Shown here in pieces: positions 57,996 to 64,000 of a stretch of 64,000 nucleotides of DNA (position 1 is its first letter; every line of letters starts with the position of its first letter). The DNA comes from Bacteroidota bacterium (lineage in GTDB: Bacteria > Bacteroidota > Ignavibacteria > SZUA-365), in NCBI GenBank assembly GCA_014860565.1, contig JACZJN010000068.1, forward strand, positions 23,152 to 87,151, given 5' to 3'. Both the position numbers and the translations under genes were made by a program. The notes under the pieces were generated by a model. The model was not told where the DNA came from, did no database searches, and saw nothing but the letters and a program-made list of their open reading frames with translations.

Positions 57996-58761
57996 ACCTG
58001 TCGTTTACGCCGAACATCTCAGCAAGCGCTTCGGAAGCTTCACCGCTGTCGACGATCTTTCGCTCTCCGTGCAGCAGGGAGAAATCTTCGGCTTTCTCGG
58101 CGCGAACGGGGCCGGGAAAACAACTGCGATTCGGATGTTCTGCGGTCTGCTTACGCCCACCTCGGGCATCGCACGTGTGGCGGGTTTCGACGTACACACG
58201 GAAGCAAGAAAAATCAAGCAGACCATCGGGTACATGAGTCAGAAGTTCTCGCTGTATGAAGACCTGACCGTGGCGCAGAACATCGAATTCTACGGAGGCA
58301 TCTACGGACTCTCACGCGCGGAGATCATAGACAAGACAAACCGGATGCTGGAGGAGTTGAAGCTCGAGGAACGTCGGCACACGCTCACCCGCTCACTCCC
58401 CCTCGGCTGGAAGCAGCGTCTCGCACTGAGCGTGGCCATGCTCCATGATCCGTCCATCGTGTTTCTCGACGAACCGACGGGCGGCGTCGACCCCATATCC
58501 AGGCGCAATTTCTGGCGCATCATTTACGACATCGCCGCGAACGGAAAAACGGTTTTTGTCACGACGCACTACATGGACGAGGCGGAGTACTGCGGACGGC
58601 TCTCCATCATGTACCAAGGCCGTATCATCGAACTGGGAAAGCCCGGCGAATTGAAGGAGAAATACGGGCTGAAAAGCATGCAGGAAATCTTCGTCCACCT
58701 CGTGGGCGAAACAGAGCCTGCGGATAAACCGAATATCATTTCATCGACAGAGAACGGATAG
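57985..58761 (+). CDS. ABC transporter ATP-binding protein (second half)
   Basis: Walker A GANGAGKTT. Signature LPLGWKQRL. Walker B VFLDEPT. Overlaps the preceding gene by 11 nt. Confidence 0.85.
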   Translation: MQPEPVVYAEHLSKRFGSFTAVDDLSLSVQQGEIFGFLGANGAGKTTAIRMFCGLLTPTSGIARVAGFDVHTEARKIKQTIGYMSQKFSLYEDLTVAQNIEFYGGIYGLSRAEIIDKTNRMLEELKLEERRHTLTRSLPLGWKQRLALSVAMLHDPSIVFLDEPTGGVDPISRRNFWRIIYDIAANGKTVFVTTHYMDEAEYCGRLSIMYQGRIIELGKPGELKEKYGLKSMQEIFVHLVGETEPADKPNIISSTENG

Positions 58762-58765
58762 CTAC

Positions 58766-59869
58766 ATGCGGCGCAGACTTCTGGCAATCGTGCGCAAGGA
58801 ATTCACGCACATCTTCCGCGACTGGCGCACCTTGCTCATCATCATCCTGATGCCGATCCTGATGATCGTGTTGTATGGTTATGCCATCACGCTCGACATG
58901 CGGAACATCGCATTCGGCGTCATCGACGACGCACGCACGCCGGAGAGCCGCGCGCTCGTGGAAGCCTTTACCGAAAACGGCTTCTTCAAACCGCTCGGCC
59001 GTGAGGTGAACAGACAGGAAATCGAGCAGCTTTTCATGCGTCGTGATGCGCTGATGGTCATTGTCATTCCCCGTGAATTCAGCCGCGAACTGCAGCCGGG
59101 GAAACGCGCGCGCGTGCAGCTCCTGATCGACGCCAGCGACAGCAACGTCGGCACGTTCGTCAGCAATTACGCCGAGCAGGTGCTTCAACTGTATAATCGG
59201 CGGCTGAACGGGTCGATCCCCCTGCTCTATGATATCGCACCGCGCATTTTCTACAATCCCGACATGAACAGCACATACTTTTTCGTGCCGGGACTCGTCG
59301 CGCTGATTCTGATGCTGATTTCCGCACTGCTCACATCCATTGCAATTACACGTGAAAAGGAAACGGGAACGCTCGAACAGATCCTCGTCTCGCCTGTGCA
59401 CTCGCGTGAAATCATCCTCGGGAAAGTTTTTCCTTACATCCTTCTTGGACTTATGAACGCCGCAATCATTCTCATCAGTGCACGCCTGCTTTTCAATGTC
59501 CCGATGCGCGGCAGCCTGCTTCTGCTTGGAATGCTCTCCCTGGTCTATGTCTTCGTCGCATTGAGCTTCGGACTGATGATATCCACCGTGGCGAAAACGC
59601 AGCTCGTCGCCATGTTCATGACACTGATGGCCACGATCCTCCCTACCATCATGTTGAGCGGTTTCATTTTCCCCGTTTCAAGCATGCCGGAGCCACTGCA
59701 GTATCTCGCCCGCATTCTTCCTGCGACATACTTCCTGATCATTATCCGCGGCATCATGCTCAAAGGTGTGGGGCTGGCGGAATTGTGGCCCGACTCGCTG
59801 ATACTCACCGGACTCGGATTCTTCCTCGTGGTGATTGCCATACGCCGTTTCCGCATGCGGCTCGAATGA
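58766..59869 (+). CDS. ABC-2 family transporter permease (YbhS/YbhR-like)
   Basis: N-terminal KEFTHIFRDWRTLLIIILMPI followed by a large periplasmic loop and 5 C-terminal TM helices. This is the ABC-2 fold. Confidence 0.8.
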   Translation: MRRRLLAIVRKEFTHIFRDWRTLLIIILMPILMIVLYGYAITLDMRNIAFGVIDDARTPESRALVEAFTENGFFKPLGREVNRQEIEQLFMRRDALMVIVIPREFSRELQPGKRARVQLLIDASDSNVGTFVSNYAEQVLQLYNRRLNGSIPLLYDIAPRIFYNPDMNSTYFFVPGLVALILMLISALLTSIAITREKETGTLEQILVSPVHSREIILGKVFPYILLGLMNAAIILISARLLFNVPMRGSLLLLGMLSLVYVFVALSFGLMISTVAKTQLVAMFMTLMATILPTIMLSGFIFPVSSMPEPLQYLARILPATYFLIIIRGIMLKGVGLAELWPDSLILTGLGFFLVVIAIRRFRMRLE

Positions 59870-59943
59870 TACGTATTTCACCAGTGTATACGTCGAGCCA
59901 TCCAAGCTTTTGAATGTTGACCATGTAAGTGAACGGAATACCC

Positions 59944-61068
59944 ATGCAGCGCATTTTCTATATCATACAGAAAGAATTCCGTCAGATCTTTCGCGATCCC
60001 GCGATGATAGGGGTTCTCTTCGTGGTACCTTTCATCCAGATCGTGCTCCTCGGCAACGCGATCACCACCGATGTGAAGAACGTGACCGTCGTGTTCACGG
60101 ACCTCGACCGGACACCAATGAGCCGCGATTTTCTGCAGCGCTTCACACATACGCCGTACTTCATTCCCGTGGGCGTTGAGGAAGATTACACCGCGCTTCC
60201 CGAATGGCTCGATTACGGCAGGGCGCGCATCGCCATCGTTGTACCGGAGCACTTTCAGCGTGATATCATCCGGGGCGACCGGCCCGCCGTCCAGCTCTTG
60301 GTAGACGGCATAGACGGCAACAGCGCCGGGGTTGCGTTGAGTTATCTCTCCCACATCGCACAGGAGCACCAGGCCCAGGTCATCGCGCTCGAACCACAGC
60401 TCGGACGACCGCTCCGCACCGTTCGCCTGGCATCGACGGAAACCCGCTTCTGGTTCAATCCGGAGATGGAGAGCAAGGTGTACATCGTCCCCGGCATCGT
60501 CGCCCTCATTCTGCTGATTATCACCGTGTTCCTTACGAGCATGGGTATTGTGCGCGAGAAGGAAATCGGAACGCTCGAACAGCTCATGGTCACGCCCATA
60601 CGTGCATGGCAGCTGATCCTGGGGAAGATTCTGCCCTTCAGCATTCTCGGCTTCCTCGAGATCACGGTGGCAATGGGATTTGTGTACCTGATATTCGGAA
60701 TTGGCGTGGAGGGAAGCATTCTTCTGCTGTTTTTCGAATCCGCCGTTTTCGTCCTTACCACCCTTGGCATCGGCATCTTCATTTCCACCATTTCCGAGAC
60801 GCAACAGCAGGCGCTGTTCGTGGGATGGTTTTTCATGATCTTCGCCATCCTGCTCTCCGGCTTCTTCATCCCCATCGCCAACATGCCCGACGCGATCCAG
60901 TACCTGACCTACCTCAATCCCCTTCGCTATTACCTCGTCGTACTGCGTGAAATCTATCTGAAGGGCACCCCCCTGCATCTGCTCATTCCGGAAACCCTCG
61001 CGATGATGGCGTTCGGCGTCGGCGTGTTCGGGATGGCAGTGCTGCGCTACAGACGAATACTGAAATAA
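59944..61068 (+). CDS. ABC-2 family transporter permease (second copy)
   Basis: Paralogous to the previous gene (QKEFRQIFRDPAMIGVLFVVPFIQI...). The start is taken at the ATG at 59944. Confidence 0.8.
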   Translation: MQRIFYIIQKEFRQIFRDPAMIGVLFVVPFIQIVLLGNAITTDVKNVTVVFTDLDRTPMSRDFLQRFTHTPYFIPVGVEEDYTALPEWLDYGRARIAIVVPEHFQRDIIRGDRPAVQLLVDGIDGNSAGVALSYLSHIAQEHQAQVIALEPQLGRPLRTVRLASTETRFWFNPEMESKVYIVPGIVALILLIITVFLTSMGIVREKEIGTLEQLMVTPIRAWQLILGKILPFSILGFLEITVAMGFVYLIFGIGVEGSILLLFFESAVFVLTTLGIGIFISTISETQQQALFVGWFFMIFAILLSGFFIPIANMPDAIQYLTYLNPLRYYLVVLREIYLKGTPLHLLIPETLAMMAFGVGVFGMAVLRYRRILK

Positions 61069-61228
61069 AATAGTTCAGCCCTCTGCGGGGTGGAAGGAAA
61101 CCTCAAAGGGCTGAAGGAGGATATTATGCGAGGTGTGGTACGGTTTACCCGGATGTTTGTTTCATGGAAGCGGAAATAAGTTCAGGGCATTTTCCCGGTA
61201 CCATCGCGGACTCCTGCTCCGAAGCGGA

Positions 61229-63961
61229 CTACTGCTCCGCACCTTCCGCATCGATGACCTTGACGGTACCCCAGTTGAGGGAACGCACCGGTGCCTCGAT
61301 CACAGAAAGATCGCCGACGATGACGACGATAGCGTCATCGAAACGGAAAAACTTCTGTGCTGTCGCCGTGATGGCGGCAGGGGTCTGGCTGTCGATGTTG
61401 GAGATGTAATCGGTCAGCGTCGACATGGGCAGTCCATCAGACAACAGTGGTGCGATTTGTCCCGCAACCATATCGTTGCTTTCGAAATTCTGAACATAGC
61501 CGCGCGTCAGGTTGTTCTGCATGTTCCTCAGTTCGTCAGGACGCACAGGGATCCCGCCGCCAAGACCCTCGATTTCCTTCTTGAATTCGATCAGCGACTC
61601 CTTCGTGAACTTCGTCTGCACGCCCGCGGTGGCCATCCAGTAGCCGTACTCGCGCTCTGTCGAGAGACGGCAGAACGCTCCATAAGTGTATCCCTTGTCC
61701 TCGCGGAGGTTGAGGTTGAGACGCGATGAAAATGCGCCGCCAAGCATGGTATTCGTCATCAGCAGCGCGTAGTATTCAGGTGACATTCGGTTCGGCGCCG
61801 TGCTGCCGATGCGGATTTCAGACTGCGGCGCTCCCTGGCGATCGACAAGGTACACGGTCTTGCTGGTTGGGTTTGACCATTTGGGGATGGTCGTCGGAGG
61901 GATGGCCGCGCGCTGCCACTCACCAAGATACTTGTTCGCCAGAGTCACCGCTTCCTCGAGCGTGATGTCACCGACAAACAGAAGTGATGCGTTATTCGGA
62001 CGCCAGAACTTCGACCAGGTCTCACGCAGATCCGCTGTGGAAAGTGCAGCAATGGAAGCCTCCGTTCCGTCGGAACTTCTCCCGAGCGGATGATCTTCTC
62101 CGAACAGCTTCTTCATGAAGATCTTGTTCGCCACGCTGCCGGGGTTGCTGTTGCTCCGTTTGAGTCCATCAAGCGCCTGCTTGCGCTGACGTTCGAATTC
62201 GGAGTCATCGAACTCCGGGTTGAGCACGACATCGGCAAAAATGTCGAACGAATCATCGAGGTATTTTTTCATGCTGCCCAACGTGACGGTCGCCCCCTGC
62301 TTTCCGCCGTTGACGCCGAGCGATGATCCGAAGCGATCCAGATCCTGCTGAATCCGCAGCGCCGATCGCGAGTGCGTCCCTTCGTCAAGCATACTGGCGG
62401 TCATCGAACTGCGTCCGGCCTTCTCCTCGGACTCGAGAACGTCCTGCGTCTTGATGAGAAGACGTGCCGACACAAGCGGGAGCGACGGACGACGGCTCAC
62501 GACCACTTCAAGTCCGTTGTCGAGCATGCGGCTTTCGGTCTCGGGAGCATTGAACGAGACAGGACCTTTGGTAGAGGGAATGACCGTGCGGTCGAATTCA
62601 GGAGCATCCGGACGCCCGCTGGTCTCGGGCATCACGAGCACTTCGAGCCGATGCGCATCGGCAACCCATGTACGGAAGCTGGCGGTGACTTCTTCGGGTG
62701 TCATGCGCTGATAACGGTCATAGTCCTGCTGAAAGAAATCCGGTGTCCCGATGAAGGTGTTATAGCCACCCAGCTTGTCAGCGATGCCACCGAAACCACC
62801 AATGCGCTCAAGACTGCGAAGAAATTGGCTTTCCGTTTCAGCCTTGATGCGCTGCATTTCCTCGGCCGTGGGCCCGGCCTTGACGAACGCCGCGATCTCC
62901 TCGTCCACGACTTGGCGAATGCGGTCGATATCCGCACCGGGACGCGCGGTCACGACGATGGTGAATTCGCCGGAAATCTCGCGCGCGGCATTGTACACCA
63001 TCACATTGCTGGCGAGTTGCAGTTCTCGAACGAGTTTCTTGTAGAGGTACGAGGTCTTGCCCTGACCGAGAATGCTGGCCGCAAAATCGAGCCGGGCTTC
63101 GTCGTTCGAATACTGCTGGGGAACGGCATACACGAATTGCAGCCGCGCCTGTGGGACACGATCCTTGGCGAGCACCTGCTTGTTGCGCGCAAGAAAAGGG
63201 ATATTCACGCCCGGGCGCGCCTGCGGTTTGCCGGGAGCGAACGGACCGAAATACTTTTCAATGAGCGCCTTCGCTTCGGCGGGATCGAAATCACCGACGA
63301 GGGTCAGAGTACAGTTGTTGGGAACATACCAGGTATCGAAGAAGTCGCGAACGTCGTCGAGCGTGGCGTTTGTCAAATCCTCCATCGATCCGATGACCGT
63401 ATGCGCGTAGGGATGTCCGGCAGGATACAGATTATCCGCCACCATGTATTGCACGGACGCGTACGGAGCGTTGTCGCCCTGGCGCTTTTCGTTCTTGACC
63501 ACATCCTGCTGATTGGTGAACTTCTCCATCGTCAGCGCATCGCCGAGGAAACCCATGCGGTCCGACTCGAGCCAGAGCGCATATTCGAGTGACGACGTTG
63601 GCACGGTTTCGAAATAGTTGGTACGATCGTTATTCGTCGTCCCGTTCACTCCGCCTGTGCGAAGGTTTGCTCCTGCCTGCTCGACGAGCGCGAGATACTC
63701 CCCTATCACGTGCTTCGATCCCTGAAACATCATATGCTCGAAAAGATGTGCGAATCCGGTCTTGCCGGGAGCTTCGTTCTTCGAACCGACGTGATACCAG
63801 AGATTCACATTCACCGCGGGAATGCTCTTGTTGACGCTCAGGATGACATCGAGGCCGTTGGCCAATGTGTATTTCTCAAAGTCGATTTTCGGAAGCTGCT
63901 GTGCCGACGCACCCACTCCCATCAACAGGATGAGAATAACGAGGAGGGAACCGTGTCTCAT
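61229..63961 (-). CDS. Secreted M16-family (insulinase/pitrilysin-like) zinc metallopeptidase with two tandem M16 halves
   Basis: Signal peptide MRHGSLLVILILLMGVGASAQQ. Inverted zincin motif HLFEHMMFQGSKH with downstream Glu. Length of about 910 aa is typical of fused active plus inactive M16 domains (PqqL-like). Confidence 0.85.
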   Translation of the reverse strand: MRHGSLLVILILLMGVGASAQQLPKIDFEKYTLANGLDVILSVNKSIPAVNVNLWYHVGSKNEAPGKTGFAHLFEHMMFQGSKHVIGEYLALVEQAGANLRTGGVNGTTNNDRTNYFETVPTSSLEYALWLESDRMGFLGDALTMEKFTNQQDVVKNEKRQGDNAPYASVQYMVADNLYPAGHPYAHTVIGSMEDLTNATLDDVRDFFDTWYVPNNCTLTLVGDFDPAEAKALIEKYFGPFAPGKPQARPGVNIPFLARNKQVLAKDRVPQARLQFVYAVPQQYSNDEARLDFAASILGQGKTSYLYKKLVRELQLASNVMVYNAAREISGEFTIVVTARPGADIDRIRQVVDEEIAAFVKAGPTAEEMQRIKAETESQFLRSLERIGGFGGIADKLGGYNTFIGTPDFFQQDYDRYQRMTPEEVTASFRTWVADAHRLEVLVMPETSGRPDAPEFDRTVIPSTKGPVSFNAPETESRMLDNGLEVVVSRRPSLPLVSARLLIKTQDVLESEEKAGRSSMTASMLDEGTHSRSALRIQQDLDRFGSSLGVNGGKQGATVTLGSMKKYLDDSFDIFADVVLNPEFDDSEFERQRKQALDGLKRSNSNPGSVANKIFMKKLFGEDHPLGRSSDGTEASIAALSTADLRETWSKFWRPNNASLLFVGDITLEEAVTLANKYLGEWQRAAIPPTTIPKWSNPTSKTVYLVDRQGAPQSEIRIGSTAPNRMSPEYYALLMTNTMLGGAFSSRLNLNLREDKGYTYGAFCRLSTEREYGYWMATAGVQTKFTKESLIEFKKEIEGLGGGIPVRPDELRNMQNNLTRGYVQNFESNDMVAGQIAPLLSDGLPMSTLTDYISNIDSQTPAAITATAQKFFRFDDAIVVIVGDLSVIEAPVRSLNWGTVKVIDAEGAEQ

Positions 63962-64000
63962 GGATGATGACTCCGTGATAGTGGAAACTGAAATAATCTT

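Noticed and set aside
61076-61113. 7-bp stem with 24-nt loop between convergent ABC permease and M16 genes
   Set aside because: It could be a bidirectional terminator, but the stem is short, the loop is large and there is no T-tract. Not reported as a feature.
61133-61729. 198-aa plus-strand ORF
   Set aside because: Antisense to the C-terminal region of the M16 peptidase gene. Low complexity.
1-64000. Search for CRISPR arrays, IS elements/transposases, integrases, and tRNA/rRNA genes
   Set aside because: No spacer-repeat arrays, no transposase or integrase-like ORFs, and no intergenic region with tRNA-like GTTCGAATC T-arm signatures were seen. Intergenic regions are short. The region appears to be core chromosome rather than a mobile island.

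Overview
This is a 64-kb segment of a high-GC bacterial chromosome, gene-dense, with about 45 protein-coding genes and no rRNA, tRNA, CRISPR array, transposase or integrase. Three things suggest a high-GC member of the Fibrobacteres-Chlorobi-Bacteroidetes group, possibly Rhodothermota-like, though this is a low-confidence guess. Several secreted proteins end in type-IX-secretion C-terminal sorting domains. Two hybrid two-component regulators carry Y_Y_Y propeller domains. Many genes have good Shine-Dalgarno sites, which classical Bacteroidia rarely use.

Gene content, left to right:
- Partial MalK-like ABC ATPase, then a streptopain-family (C10) cysteine peptidase exported by type IX secretion.
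- Secreted glycogen-debranching-like enzyme (GDE_N/GDE_C) and a universal stress protein.
- An ECF sigma factor, its anti-sigma factor and a small membrane protein.
- The conserved pbpC / alpha-2-macroglobulin (yfhM-like) pair.
- A 22-kb run on the minus strand of surface and regulatory genes. It holds a transglutaminase-like pseudoenzyme, an Ig/HYR-repeat adhesin, a 1255-aa fibre protein with a phage-tail-fibre-type C-terminal self-cleaving chaperone domain (peptidase S74), two tandem paralogous hybrid sensor kinases and a sortilin/BNR-repeat protein.
- An outer-membrane beta-barrel protein, a SAM-dependent methyltransferase and a YfcC-family transporter flanked by short tandem repeats.
- Two sigma-54-dependent response regulators.
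- An archaemetzincin metallopeptidase, a type-IX-secreted protein of unknown function and a TetR-controlled TolC/HlyD/split-ABC exporter of the YbhGFSR type.
- A secreted M16 (insulinase-like) zinc peptidase.

The most unusual locus lies at about 44.7-52.0 kb. It begins with an AT-rich regulatory island carrying repeated TTCAACA/TGTTGAA palindromes and a sigma-54-like -24/-12 element. Downstream are a membrane-anchored glycine-cleavage-H-fold (GcvH-fold) protein, a four-cluster 4Fe-4S protein of the PsrB/HybA type, an NrfD/PsrC-type quinone-interacting membrane subunit with no catalytic partner, and a second GcvH-fold paralog with a Cys-rich N-terminus. After these come a sensor kinase whose periplasmic domain has two c-type heme motifs (CXXCH and CX4CH), and a sigma-54 activator. 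This looks like an uncharacterised membrane redox and sensing module. Many long ORFs in the supplied track are antisense artefacts of the high GC content and were rejected.
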